A stretch of DNA of 48,233 bases from a virus (lineage: Duplodnaviria > Heunggongvirae > Uroviricota > Caudoviricetes): positions 172,702 through 220,934 of the IMG/VR virus record IMGVR_UViG_2974569193_000001; one strand, written 5' to 3'. The notes under the pieces were generated by a model, which worked only from the letters and a program-made list of their open reading frames with translations, had not been told where the DNA came from and ran no database searches. Made by a program: the position numbers and the translations under genes. Of this stretch, positions 17,932 to 27,679 are shown one piece after another (the first letter of the stretch is position 1; every line of letters begins with the position of its first letter).

Positions 17932-18360
17932 ATGAGCTACCGCGAAGCTGAGATGGAAGCGCAAGCCGACTTCCACGCCAACGAGATGAACGTCGGCGAC
18001 GGCGCCTGGGGGCGCTACGTCAAGACGCTGGAGAAGCGCCTGGGCTTCGACCTAGACGGCGACAACTCCGAGGAGGCCAAGGGCTTCTTCTGCGACATGG
18101 GCCACTCGCTCGACGACACCTTCGAGATGTTCGAGAAGGGCGTGTCGGTCGCCGACGCCGAGAAAGCGATCCTGCGCTCGTGCGCCTCGGCCGCCGCGCG
18201 CGCCGCCGACGCCGGCGTCCAGGCCCTCTGCGAGGCTCAGGACCGCGCCAAGGCGGCCGGCAAGACCGACTACGTCGATCTGCTGGAAAAGCAGATCAAC
18301 GCCCTGCTGGACGAACAGAGCGCCGCCGCCACGGCGGCCGAGAAAGCGTTCGGCTGCTGA
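17932..18360 (+). CDS. hypothetical protein
   Basis: GAGGAGG RBS. Confidence 0.85.
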   Translation: MSYREAEMEAQADFHANEMNVGDGAWGRYVKTLEKRLGFDLDGDNSEEAKGFFCDMGHSLDDTFEMFEKGVSVADAEKAILRSCASAAARAADAGVQALCEAQDRAKAAGKTDYVDLLEKQINALLDEQSAAATAAEKAFGC

Positions 18361-18578
18361 TGAGCTACTTCCGCTCCCGCATCCCCGGCCCGCCCGAGCA
18401 GGCCGAAGAGCGCTTCAAGTTCATCGACATCGATGGCCGGCGCTACAAGGTCTACCGCTCGGGTCACGTGTCGGTCCTGATCCAGGGCACGAGCAAGCGT
18501 GCGGGCTACACCCGCTCGCTGACCCACAACAGCATCATCGCCGCCCGCGCGCGCGCCGCCTCCGGGTGGTTCGCATGA
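18360..18578 (+). CDS. hypothetical protein
   Basis: TGATG overlap. Confidence 0.75.
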   Translation: MSYFRSRIPGPPEQAEERFKFIDIDGRRYKVYRSGHVSVLIQGTSKRAGYTRSLTHNSIIAARARAASGWFA

Positions 18579-18973
18579 GCCGTCCGTCGATCGCGGTGGT
18601 GGGCTTCGTGTCCTCCACGCCTGAGCACTTCCGGATCGTCGACCTGAAGGTCGTCGACGACAGCCTTCGAACGGAGGACGGCAAGCCGCGCATGTTTGCG
18701 CGCGAGGCCGACCCGTACATGAAGGTCCCGCCCTGGGTCGAGTTCCAGATCGTGCTCGGCTGCTTCGATACCTTCGAAGAGGCCTACGAGGCGCTGAAGA
18801 AATCGCGGGACATCTGGAGCAGTGACTTCCGTGACGTCGTCAAGGCCGAGCGAGAACTGCAAGACGCCAATCGGGCTGTCCGGCTGGCCACCGCCGCCCT
18901 GGAGCGCGCCGAGAGCGATCGCCGCGCCGCCTGCCGCGAGCCGTTTCTCGGCACGCCCACCGAATATCGCTAG
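18575..18973 (+). CDS. hypothetical protein
   Basis: ATGA overlap. Confidence 0.8.
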   Translation: MSRPSIAVVGFVSSTPEHFRIVDLKVVDDSLRTEDGKPRMFAREADPYMKVPPWVEFQIVLGCFDTFEEAYEALKKSRDIWSSDFRDVVKAERELQDANRAVRLATAALERAESDRRAACREPFLGTPTEYR

Positions 18974-18981
18974 GAGGCCCC

Positions 18982-19185
18982 ATGACCAAGTACGTCATCC
19001 CCATTCAGGTCGACTTTCTGGTCCCGCCGGCCAGGGGCGATGTGGTGCAAACCCTGCTGTCGCGGATCGAGGCGATCCTCGACGAAGAGCTAGGCGTCGT
19101 CCTGACCGACGCACCCGACCGGGTCATCGCCCTGAGCCCCATCAAGGGTCTGCACCTGCGGACCATGACCTCCGAGGAGACCTGA
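18982..19185 (+). CDS. hypothetical protein
   Basis: AGGAGG RBS. Confidence 0.75.
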   Translation: MTKYVIPIQVDFLVPPARGDVVQTLLSRIEAILDEELGVVLTDAPDRVIALSPIKGLHLRTMTSEET

Positions 19186-19186
19186 C

Positions 19187-19666
19187 ATGGCCCAGGCCTA
19201 TCAGACCTACACCGTCAAGGGCTCCTGGCCCTTTCCGACCGACATGCTGCGCTACGACGACGCCAAGCCGGCGACCGTCTTCGCCAGCGAGACGATCAAC
19301 CGCCTGTCGGGCGACTACGCCCCGTCGCGCGAGAGCATCCGCGACGAGGTCGAGATCAGGCTGATCCGGGTCAAGCGCGGTCTGCCGGCGATCGACCGCT
19401 GGGAGTCGTTCGGCTGGAAGGTCGTCAACGGCGACGAGGACACCCAGTACGCGATCGCGGTGCGCACCCCGCCGCCGCTGGACCCCACGCCCTATGAGAA
19501 GCTACGCGCGGCGGTCAAGGCGTTGATCGACACCGTCGACTTCACGTCCGACCCCATGCGGGTCTTCCAAAAGACCGAGGACGAGCCCCTGACGGTCGAC
19601 GTCAGTCTGGCTATCAGCAATCTCACCGACGTCTACAACGACACCCCGGAGGCCCGACATGGCTGA
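19187..19666 (+). CDS. hypothetical protein
   Basis: GAGGAG RBS. Confidence 0.8.
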   Translation: MAQAYQTYTVKGSWPFPTDMLRYDDAKPATVFASETINRLSGDYAPSRESIRDEVEIRLIRVKRGLPAIDRWESFGWKVVNGDEDTQYAIAVRTPPPLDPTPYEKLRAAVKALIDTVDFTSDPMRVFQKTEDEPLTVDVSLAISNLTDVYNDTPEARHG

Positions 19667-20027
19667 GACCACCCCCGACGGACGCTACGCCATCGCCGGC
19701 TATACGGGCTGGGCGCCCCAGCACTTCAAGGTCGTCGACATGGACACGCGCACCGTGACCTACCGCGACATCGACGATGACGGTCAGGAGTACGCCCTGA
19801 CGCTGGATGGCCAGCCCTTCTACTACGAGGTCGTCAAGGCGCGCTTCGCCACGGCCGAGGACGCGGTGGGCAACCTCACCGCCGCCCAGGCTGCTTATGC
19901 TAAGCATGACGAGATCGTCAAGTCGCTCCAGGCGGCTTACGAAGACGTCAAGCGCAAGCTCGAACTGGCCGTCTCGACACGGGGCCGGGCCTACCGCAAG
20001 GCCATGAAAGGCGTGGACCTCGGATGA
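19659..20027 (+). CDS. hypothetical protein
   Basis: GGAGG RBS. Confidence 0.8.
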   Translation: MAETTPDGRYAIAGYTGWAPQHFKVVDMDTRTVTYRDIDDDGQEYALTLDGQPFYYEVVKARFATAEDAVGNLTAAQAAYAKHDEIVKSLQAAYEDVKRKLELAVSTRGRAYRKAMKGVDLG

Positions 20028-20299
20028 TCGTTTTCCTGCTCTGCGCCATCCCCTACGTTCTGGTCGGCGGCTGCATCTACGCGGCCCTGATCGACCGCTA
20101 TGTCGCGCGCGAATACGTGTCGTCGTCCGCCGATGAAGTGGGCGCGCGCCTGCTCTATGCGCTCTTCTGGCTGATCACCATTCCGATCCACATCCTCGTG
20201 ATCCTGTTCGACGTCCTGCGGCATCGGGCCTACCGCCAACGACACCTTCTGAAGACCAGCCACGACATCGGACCCTGGACCTACGCGGGCTGGCTCTGA
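20024..20299 (+). CDS. small membrane protein (2 predicted TM helices)
   Basis: Two hydrophobic stretches. Confidence 0.75.
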   Translation: MIVFLLCAIPYVLVGGCIYAALIDRYVAREYVSSSADEVGARLLYALFWLITIPIHILVILFDVLRHRAYRQRHLLKTSHDIGPWTYAGWL

Positions 20300-20301
20300 G
20301 C

Positions 20302-20369
20302 CTTGGCTGCAATGTGTTGACAAGCGGACGCGGCCTCCTGTAGAAGACTCCTCGACGACAACAGGAGGC
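20302..20369 (+). promoter_or_regulatory. class A promoter (TTGACA 20317-N18-TAGAAG), inverted operator 20302-20319, CGACGACAAC 20353-20362
   Basis: Motif match. Confidence 0.85.
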
Positions 20370-20373
20370 CCAC

Positions 20374-20856
20374 ATGCCCGACACCTCGAACTTCGACGCC
20401 GCCGTCCTCGTGGGCGTGGAGATCATCAAGACCAAGCCCGAAGGGCTCACCGCCCTGGAAGCCGTCCAGCGGTTCCAGCACCAGTCGCCGGACTTCGTCG
20501 AACTCGTCACCCGCTTCAACAAGCTGACTGCCGCGCTGCCGGCGGTGGTCAACGGCCACCACCTGCAATCGACCTGCGCCAAATGGGTGTTGGACGAGTC
20601 CCAGCAGCGCATCACCCTGCCGTTCGAGACCATCGCCCAGCGCGTGGAGTTCTACGCCAAGCAGATGACGATCCCGGCCTACGCCTACCTGATGGATCGC
20701 TACAAGGAGCGCCTCGACAGCAAGATCGCCACCGTGCGCGGCTGTCTGGAGGACCAGAACTACCTCGGCGCCAGCTACAACCTCCTCGACCTGGAGGAGA
20801 CCTTCCAGGAGATGGTCGACCGCCACGACGATCTCGTCTCGGACGGCTACCCCTGA
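20374..20856 (+). CDS. hypothetical protein
   Basis: AGGAGG RBS. Confidence 0.85.
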   Translation: MPDTSNFDAAVLVGVEIIKTKPEGLTALEAVQRFQHQSPDFVELVTRFNKLTAALPAVVNGHHLQSTCAKWVLDESQQRITLPFETIAQRVEFYAKQMTIPAYAYLMDRYKERLDSKIATVRGCLEDQNYLGASYNLLDLEETFQEMVDRHDDLVSDGYP

Positions 20857-20928
20857 TGGGCGCTTGCGCCCTCTTAGGCCTCGGCCTAGCTTCCTCGCGC
20901 CGCGCTGTTGCGGCTCAGAGGATTCGTT

Positions 20929-21189
20929 ATGGACAGGCTCAAGGTCAAACTCTTCGCCAGGGGCGTGCAGACCGCCGCCGAGGCGCTGGTGAACGCGATC
21001 GACGCTCTGCCGGCTGGCCCGGAGAAGGATGCGGTGGTCGCGGCCGAGAAGACGCTGCACGCGCGGCTCAACTACGGCGCCGTGCGCGCGGGCGACTTCT
21101 TCGGGGACGAGTCGATCAACCAGATCGGCACGCGCCGCACCGGGGGCGAGGACAAGCCGGATGCGCCGGAAGCCCCGCCCGAGGGCTGA
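20929..21189 (+). CDS. hypothetical protein
   Basis: AGAGGA RBS, ATG 20929. Confidence 0.75.
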   Translation: MDRLKVKLFARGVQTAAEALVNAIDALPAGPEKDAVVAAEKTLHARLNYGAVRAGDFFGDESINQIGTRRTGGEDKPDAPEAPPEG

Positions 21190-21199
21190 CAGGTGCGTC

Positions 21200-21724
21200 A
21201 TGGGCCTGACGGGGTGCGGCTTCGCGCTCCTGACGGCCGGCTCGGTCGCCTACGCGGTTGACCGTGGGGGCAGGGCGCTCAAGACGAGCGGCCTGCTCCT
21301 GTTCGCCACCTGGGCGTTCTCGGTCACCATCGGCTCGACCCTCGTGGCGGGCAACAAGCCCTACGTCTATGCCTGGGTGGACGGCATGTTCGCCGGCGCC
21401 GTTGGGGTGATGCTCACCGCGCGGTTCCAGCGCTGGCGGGCTGGGCTGTTCGCCCTGGCGATCCTCCAGATGTTCCTCCACCTCGCCATGATCGGCATCT
21501 GGGATTTCTCCCTGGCCGCGCGGCGGCTTCATGTCTTCTCGCTCAACCTCACCTACGCCCTGGAACTCTTCGTCCTCACCATCGGAGCGGCGGCCTATCG
21601 TCCAGGCGAGCGCGACGACGTGCCCGAGATCATCGAGGTCCAGCACCACATCGTCGGCAAGGATGACGGGACCCTGCTCTACTGGCTTGAGTGTGTTGAC
21701 AAAGCCAGACGTCCCGTCCTATAA
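21200..21724 (+). CDS. multi-pass membrane protein
   Basis: 4-5 hydrophobic segments; 3' end runs through next promoter. Confidence 0.75.
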   Translation: MGLTGCGFALLTAGSVAYAVDRGGRALKTSGLLLFATWAFSVTIGSTLVAGNKPYVYAWVDGMFAGAVGVMLTARFQRWRAGLFALAILQMFLHLAMIGIWDFSLAARRLHVFSLNLTYALELFVLTIGAAAYRPGERDDVPEIIEVQHHIVGKDDGTLLYWLECVDKARRPVL

Positions 21725-21748
21725 GCACCTCGACGACAACGAGGAGGC
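21681..21748 (+). promoter_or_regulatory. class A promoter (TTGACA 21696-N18-TATAAG), inverted operator 21681-21698, CGACGACAAC 21731-21740
   Basis: Motif match. Confidence 0.85.
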
Positions 21749-21752
21749 CAGC

Positions 21753-22184
21753 ATGCCCACGCCCAAGACCGCAACGATCTCCCGCGCGCTCGCCTACTTG
21801 GCGATCACCGGCGGCACGAACTGCCTCACGATCAACACCCGGATCGCCCTGCACCCCTATCACGATCTGGTCCCGGTCAAGTACAAGATCGGCGACACCG
21901 AACTGACCCGCCACGTCTACAAGCTCACCGACGAGGGCCGCGCCCTGGCCGAGAAGAGCAAGCTCTGGAAGGGTCATCAGAAGCTCGTCGAGATGGGCTT
22001 CACGTTCAAGCCGTCCAAGCGCCGCCAGTCCTCGCGCTTCCTGTCCTATGACCACGCGACCGACGATTGCCGCAAGGATCGTCGCGGCGCGTTCATCTCG
22101 GGCGACAGCCCCTACGCCCAGCCGGCGCCGGGGCAGACGCCCGAGGGCAAGAAGGACTGGGACTACATCAAGGTGGAGGTCTAA
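21753..22184 (+). CDS. hypothetical protein
   Basis: GAGGAGG RBS. Confidence 0.85.
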   Translation: MPTPKTATISRALAYLAITGGTNCLTINTRIALHPYHDLVPVKYKIGDTELTRHVYKLTDEGRALAEKSKLWKGHQKLVEMGFTFKPSKRRQSSRFLSYDHATDDCRKDRRGAFISGDSPYAQPAPGQTPEGKKDWDYIKVEV

Positions 22185-22187
22185 GCC

Positions 22188-22577
22188 ATGAAGCTCCATA
22201 CCCCCATCGAAATTCTCACCACCGCCGCTGCGCTCATCGAGCGCAACGGCTGGGGCCAGGGCAAGGACGTCGAGACCAGCCCTCGCGGTGTCGGCTGTCC
22301 GACCTGCGCCAATCTGGCCCTGGGTGACGCCGCCCGTCAGCCCCATGGTGTTCTCGGTCCCAACTACCGCCCCTACCTGCAAGCCCAGGTCGCGCTCCTC
22401 AAGTACCTGAAGATCGACATCGGTCTGGTGCTGTTGGGTCAGACCGTCCACGGCTCGCTGATCGTCAACTGGAACGATGCGCCCGAACGCACGGCCGCCG
22501 AGGTCGTCGCCGCCCTGCGTGGCGCGGCCAACGCGCTGATGGTCGAGACGCTGGCGACGGAAGCGGCCCACGCATGA
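22188..22577 (+). CDS. hypothetical protein, GW.QG...WNDAPERT family (DUF6197-like), paralog 1
   Basis: Shares GWxQ and WNDAPERTAxEV with next gene. Confidence 0.8.
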   Translation: MKLHTPIEILTTAAALIERNGWGQGKDVETSPRGVGCPTCANLALGDAARQPHGVLGPNYRPYLQAQVALLKYLKIDIGLVLLGQTVHGSLIVNWNDAPERTAAEVVAALRGAANALMVETLATEAAHA

Positions 22578-22969
22578 CCGTCGCCCATGATCTCGCCCGC
22601 GCGCGCCGGCTGATCGAAGTCCACGGCTGGGCGCAAGCCCGCCCGGCGGCCGAGCGCAATCCGACCGCCGCGCCGGACGGCACGATGGCCTACTGCACCA
22701 CCACCGCCATCCACGAGTCCTGCAAGTTCGAGGGCCGCTCGGACGATCCGCGCTTCGTGGTCGGCTACAGCAACCGCGTGCGCGACTGCTTCGCGGCCGT
22801 GCTCGACATCGTCAAGCCCGAGCGCGATCACCTCTTCGAACGCAGCAACCCGATGATGATCTGGGCCTGGAACGACGCGCCCGAGCGCACCGCCGACGAG
22901 GTCATGGAGACGCTGCACAAGGCGGCCGTGACGATGGCTGACAAACTGGGTCTGGGAGACGACGACTGA
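22574..22969 (+). CDS. hypothetical protein, WNDAPERT family, paralog 2
   Basis: Shares motifs with previous gene. Confidence 0.8.
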   Translation: MTVAHDLARARRLIEVHGWAQARPAAERNPTAAPDGTMAYCTTTAIHESCKFEGRSDDPRFVVGYSNRVRDCFAAVLDIVKPERDHLFERSNPMMIWAWNDAPERTADEVMETLHKAAVTMADKLGLGDDD

Positions 22970-23616
22970 TGCCGCTCTACCTGACCCGCTATCCCATCGT
23001 CTGGCCCGGCTCGTCGGCAAAGGGCTCGGTGATGACGACGCTCTTCGCCAGGGACTATATCGAGGCGGGCATTTATTGCCGCGAACGCGGCATGGGCGAG
23101 GAACTCGTCAATCCGGTGGTCGTCACCGATGCGCGCACTCTCAACCATATGCGTCCGGAAATGCCGTCCGACCTCCTGCGCCGTCGGCGCTACGCAGACG
23201 CCCACCATGCGGCGACCTTTCTGTCGTTCGTGGGCCTCAAGTCCGGCTACCTCAATGTTGACGAACTGCTGGGCGATGTTTCGCCGGTCCACACCCTGGC
23301 CCACTGGGTGATGTTCAAGGGGCATGCCGAGGAATTCGGCGGAACCTGGGCAGCGCCGGACGACGCCGAGCTAGAGCGGACGGCCGACTGGCTTGAACGC
23401 CTGGAGCGGCGCGTGCCCGGCTACCATCCCAACACCTTCGACGACAGCGAGCCCAAAGCCCCGCCGCTCGAAGACCCCATGCGGATCGCTCGCATGAAAG
23501 CCATGGACGTGGAAGCTCTGGCCGGCTTCGCCTCCGATTATCCAACCGAGCGCCGGATTATCCAGCGCCAACGCAAGAAGCGCGAGGCCAAGATCGCCCG
23601 CCTGGAGAACGCCTGA
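22969..23616 (+). CDS. hypothetical protein
   Basis: TGATG overlap. Confidence 0.8.
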   Translation: MPLYLTRYPIVWPGSSAKGSVMTTLFARDYIEAGIYCRERGMGEELVNPVVVTDARTLNHMRPEMPSDLLRRRRYADAHHAATFLSFVGLKSGYLNVDELLGDVSPVHTLAHWVMFKGHAEEFGGTWAAPDDAELERTADWLERLERRVPGYHPNTFDDSEPKAPPLEDPMRIARMKAMDVEALAGFASDYPTERRIIQRQRKKREAKIARLENA

Positions 23617-23617
23617 C

Positions 23618-24268
23618 ATGACCATCACGTGCATGAACAACGAGGCCGTGATCCACAACCCCAAGCACGGGGTGATCCGGTCGGGCACGGTGGTCGTCAT
23701 CGACTATTCCGAGGAGCCTGACCTCGACGGGCTGATCGGCCGCGTCACCATCGCCCAGGGCCGCGATACGGTCGAGGTCGCCGCTGGCCCCCGCGTCATC
23801 TCGGTCTTCCCGTGCAAGGTGCGTCCGCTGAAGATGGGCGAGCGCATCGGCGATCCCGAGGCCAACGCCCACCTTGCCCAGATCGCCGAGATGGTCGGCG
23901 AGGGCGACGACATCGGCGCGGCCTGGGAGAGCGTCCAGGCGATCATCACCGAGCGCGACGCCTTCAAGGCCGCGATCGACACGGCCCTGGTCCAGATCAG
24001 CGGTGGTCTCTGCTATTTCACGGCCGACGCCAAGCACGCCCAGTTGCGTGACGCCGAGAAGACCCTGGAGCGGGCGCTGAACGGCGGGCAGGCCCCGTTC
24101 GAGAAGCGCGTTCACGGCGAGGAACCGGGCGACGACTGGAGCCTGGAGCTTCACGTCTTCCACGCCGCCAACAACCCCAACCTGTCCGAGCCCACGCGGG
24201 AGCTTTTCAAGACCCTGTGGAAAGCCTACTGCGCCCTGGAACAACGCTGCGAAGGAGCCGCCCTGTGA
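23618..24268 (+). CDS. hypothetical protein
   Basis: GGAGA RBS. Confidence 0.8.
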   Translation: MTITCMNNEAVIHNPKHGVIRSGTVVVIDYSEEPDLDGLIGRVTIAQGRDTVEVAAGPRVISVFPCKVRPLKMGERIGDPEANAHLAQIAEMVGEGDDIGAAWESVQAIITERDAFKAAIDTALVQISGGLCYFTADAKHAQLRDAEKTLERALNGGQAPFEKRVHGEEPGDDWSLELHVFHAANNPNLSEPTRELFKTLWKAYCALEQRCEGAAL

Positions 24269-24813
24269 ACATCCTCCAAGACCTCCTCGCCCATCCCGAG
24301 CACATGACCGACGGCTACGCCTCGGCGATCTCGATGCGCATCGGCGACACCCTGGCCAGCCCTCGGCGCCAGGACCTCTTCGACCTCGCCACCGCCCTGA
24401 CGAGCATCTCCCACGCCCTGTTGGCCCAGGCGCCGCAGGCGACGCGCGACGCCATCATCCACGACAAGTCCGACATGGGTGACCCGATCATGGCCGCCTT
24501 CCGCCTGGGGCAGTTGTCCATGGCCGGCGAGATCATGGGCTACGAGGCCAGCCGCCGGGCTGACGATGACATTGTCGAGGTGGTGCGCGAACACCAAGCC
24601 TTCCTCGCCGACATCAGCGCGGGGCGCGGCACCCAGCGCGAACTCGCCGCCCAGTTCGGGATGTCGGGGCGTGAAGTCCGGCTCATCCTGCGCAAGCTGG
24701 GGAGCAAGGGCCTCGTCAATACCGTGCTCGGCAAAAAGGTCGGCGAGTTCGAGGCCCGGCTGACGCCGCTGGCCTCCTCGATCCTCGACCAGATCGAGAA
24801 GCGCGCCGCATGA
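24265..24813 (+). CDS. winged-helix-turn-helix DNA-binding protein
   Basis: TQRELAAQFGMSGREVRLILRKLGSKGLV...LTPLA. Confidence 0.8.
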   Translation: MNILQDLLAHPEHMTDGYASAISMRIGDTLASPRRQDLFDLATALTSISHALLAQAPQATRDAIIHDKSDMGDPIMAAFRLGQLSMAGEIMGYEASRRADDDIVEVVREHQAFLADISAGRGTQRELAAQFGMSGREVRLILRKLGSKGLVNTVLGKKVGEFEARLTPLASSILDQIEKRAA

Positions 24814-25418
24814 AGCCGCTCGTCACCCTGCGCGCCTGTCCGCCCGGCCCCTTCCGGTTCAAAGGTTCGCTCTTCCTCAAGACCGAGTATGGCACGATCG
24901 TCGGCCGCAAGGACGGCCTGGGCGAACCGCACCGCTACGAGATGACCGACCGCTCGGACGTCTACTGCCTGGGTTCGGGCGAGTATTTCTGGGGCGGGGT
25001 CAACGGCGACGTCGAGGCTCGCGAGAACCTGATGGTCGAGCCGATCGACATCGAGGCGCTCGACAAGATCAGCGAGACCGCCAACATGGTCCAGGCGATC
25101 ATGGAGGCCGTGGGCTTTGCCTCGCTCTACGACAACGGCGCGGGCATGTACGCCCGCAACGTCCTGCGCGCCATCCAGTCGGGCAAGTACGAGTCGTTCG
25201 AGGCCCTGCTGCCGCCGCATGTTCCCAGGGATGGAACGGTGGTGCGGGAACTGGACCAGGACGTCTCCCAGGAGACGCGCGACCTGATCGGCGACGCCTT
25301 CGGGACCGTGGCGCTGATCCAGGTCGAGGACCCGGAGGCCACGCCGGTGACCTTCACCCTGGCCGAGGTCGACGCCCTGCTGAGCGCCCAGCGCCGCAAG
25401 CTGGAGGCAGACCTGTGA
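24810..25418 (+). CDS. hypothetical protein
   Basis: ATGA overlap. Confidence 0.8.
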   Translation: MKPLVTLRACPPGPFRFKGSLFLKTEYGTIVGRKDGLGEPHRYEMTDRSDVYCLGSGEYFWGGVNGDVEARENLMVEPIDIEALDKISETANMVQAIMEAVGFASLYDNGAGMYARNVLRAIQSGKYESFEALLPPHVPRDGTVVRELDQDVSQETRDLIGDAFGTVALIQVEDPEATPVTFTLAEVDALLSAQRRKLEADL

Positions 25419-26008
25419 GGCTGGATCGCACGCTCTCCGAGGTCGAGTTCCGCGTCCTGACCTATCTGGGCCTGCGCAAGGGTAAGGGCACCACGGTGGG
25501 TCAAGTCGCCGCAAATGTCCCCGGCGCCGGCGGCATCGCGGGCGAGGTGCTCGAAAGCCTGCGGGACTTGCAGGTGATTCGCAAGATCGACGCCGAGCAT
25601 TTCTGGAGCTTCGTGATCCACGAGCGCGGCGAGGCCTATCTGAAGGGCAAGACCCCGCACGAGGTCAAGAAGCGGCGCAAGAAAGCGCTGCCCGAGCCGC
25701 CGCCGCTGATCGATCGGCTTCAGACGATCCTCGACGAGAGCATCGCCGGCATCGAGCATCCCTCGCAGGTAGCGATCAACGTTGCCGTGCCCCGCGCCGA
25801 CCTCCAGGAGGCCGTCAGGGGCCTGAAGCTGCGTGAGGTGTCCACCGGCCTGCCCGAGGACTTCCTGGCCGCCTGGGACGATCTGCGGCGGGCGATCACC
25901 GCGATCGAGACGGCGAGCCTTCATTCGATCGGCGAGGCCGTCCGCTGGCTCGAAGAAGAGCGGCAGAAATTTGACAACATGGTTCGCGACACGGCGAGAA
26001 ACGCATGA
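25415..26008 (+). CDS. protein with N-terminal winged-helix-like domain
   Basis: EFRVLTYL...TVGQVAA...VLESLRDLQVI...IHERGEAYL. Confidence 0.75.
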   Translation: MRLDRTLSEVEFRVLTYLGLRKGKGTTVGQVAANVPGAGGIAGEVLESLRDLQVIRKIDAEHFWSFVIHERGEAYLKGKTPHEVKKRRKKALPEPPPLIDRLQTILDESIAGIEHPSQVAINVAVPRADLQEAVRGLKLREVSTGLPEDFLAAWDDLRRAITAIETASLHSIGEAVRWLEEERQKFDNMVRDTARNA

Positions 26009-26331
26009 CCCCCAAGACCTTCATCGACAAGCTGCGCGTCGGCGCCCAGAAGGCGCTCGCCCGCTCCAAGGCCTGGACGCCCGAGGAGAACATCATCCTC
26101 CAGACCCTGGTCTGGGCGCCGGCCAACATCAAGCAGCGCTCGGACCTCTACGTGGCCGGGACCATGCGGGGCATGCTGGCGTTGATCTCGACGATGAGCG
26201 GCCGGGTCTCCGAGGAGATCAAGACCCTGCTCTGGATGGCCGGCGAGGCGACCGAGATCGACGCGCCTGTCCCGGATGATCAAGTCCAGGCGGCTTTGAT
26301 GGCGCTCGACGGCCTCCACGCGAGGGCCTGA
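26005..26331 (+). CDS. hypothetical protein
   Basis: ATGA overlap. Confidence 0.8.
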   Translation: MTPKTFIDKLRVGAQKALARSKAWTPEENIILQTLVWAPANIKQRSDLYVAGTMRGMLALISTMSGRVSEEIKTLLWMAGEATEIDAPVPDDQVQAALMALDGLHARA

Positions 26332-26332
26332 C

Positions 26333-26749
26333 ATGCTGTCGCGTGCGGCGCGTAGGGCGCAAATGACGTTGCAAACCGACGAACCCAATCTGATCGGCAA
26401 GGGCTACTGGCACAAGGGTCAGTGGATTCGCAACACCATGTCGATGCGGCTGAAGGCCTATATCGACCGCGTACCTGACGTGCGGTTCTTCGAGGGCGAG
26501 AAGGGCTACTATCCGGGCACCATGCTCGACCTGGGTGGTGACCAGTGGAGCATCACGCCGATCACCGGCCGGCTTAAGCGGAACGGCGAGGAAATCCCCG
26601 CCCCGCCGTTCTTCGACATCTCGTCCCGGCATTACAGCCTCGCCCTGATGCGCAAGCTGGAGAAGGAAGGCGCGCTGGTCGCCGCCGTGCTCGACGTGCG
26701 CTATGACGGCAAGACGACCGTGGCGCGCTTTGATCCTGTGGCCCGCTGA
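26333..26749 (+). CDS. hypothetical protein
   Basis: In operon; start uncertain. Confidence 0.75.
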   Translation: MLSRAARRAQMTLQTDEPNLIGKGYWHKGQWIRNTMSMRLKAYIDRVPDVRFFEGEKGYYPGTMLDLGGDQWSITPITGRLKRNGEEIPAPPFFDISSRHYSLALMRKLEKEGALVAAVLDVRYDGKTTVARFDPVAR

Positions 26750-27033
26750 TGCCCAAGCTCTGGAACAAGCCTGTCCCGCTGAAGGCCCAGCCGATCCCCT
26801 ACCAGATCGAGCGCTACCTGCTCGACCACCGCGACGTGCGGCTGGTGCGCGGGCGTGATGGTTGGTTCAGACTCCAGGGCCGAACCGGCGTCAACCACTT
26901 CTCCCGCGTGCCTGGATCGGGGCGCTATTCGGCGCGCACGGCGCTGCAATGCGTCGACAGCCTTTGCACGATCGAGTCCTACGACGACCGCAACCGGCCC
27001 GACATCATCGGCCTGCATCGGGACGTCATCTGA
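26749..27033 (+). CDS. hypothetical protein
   Basis: TGATG overlap. Confidence 0.75.
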   Translation: MPKLWNKPVPLKAQPIPYQIERYLLDHRDVRLVRGRDGWFRLQGRTGVNHFSRVPGSGRYSARTALQCVDSLCTIESYDDRNRPDIIGLHRDVI

Positions 27034-27398
27034 TGTGGTTCGATCCCAAGGTCCGCGCCCGGCGCCTGATGCTGCCCCGCAACGACGGCAAGTTCCGCTT
27101 CAACGGCGACGACTTCCCGTCGCTGATCTGCGCCGCCACGGCCGCCGTGCTGACCGACAGTATGTGGCAGAGCTTCGACCAGCATCCGATCCTGCTGCGT
27201 CGGACTGACAGCGACTTCCAACTCGATTGCGATCCTATCGGCCTGGAGGAAGATCGCCTGCTGTTCGACCAGGACATCGTGATCTCCAACCGCATCGCCA
27301 TGAAGCTTGTCGAGATGGGCTACCTGCTCGTCGTGACCAACACCGAGCGCGGCGCGCCCCAGCGCCTGGAGGTGGCGGACGTGGAGCGTCGGACGTAA
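27033..27398 (+). CDS. hypothetical protein
   Basis: TGATG overlap; MKLVEMGYL. Confidence 0.75.
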   Translation: MWFDPKVRARRLMLPRNDGKFRFNGDDFPSLICAATAAVLTDSMWQSFDQHPILLRRTDSDFQLDCDPIGLEEDRLLFDQDIVISNRIAMKLVEMGYLLVVTNTERGAPQRLEVADVERRT

Positions 27399-27679
27399 TG
27401 GCGAGGTCGCGTGTACGCGGCGCCCGAGGGCGCCGGCGCTTTGTCGAGGTGCGCGAGCAGCTTCAATGCGGCCCCTGGAAGCACCTGATCCGGGCCTATC
27501 GCGGCTGGCGGCGCTATAACCCCGAGACCGGGGCCATGGACATGTCCGAGCGCTACAGCAACGAGACCATTCAGCGCATGGTGACCAGCGGGACGCTCGA
27601 CGTCCACGAGTTCGACGAAGACGGCGTGGTCCAGGTCTATCGCCTGGGGGCCAGCTTCATCGGCTGGCGGTCGTCATGA
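27398..27679 (+). CDS. hypothetical protein
   Basis: TAATG overlap. Confidence 0.75.
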   Translation: MARSRVRGARGRRRFVEVREQLQCGPWKHLIRAYRGWRRYNPETGAMDMSERYSNETIQRMVTSGTLDVHEFDEDGVVQVYRLGASFIGWRSS

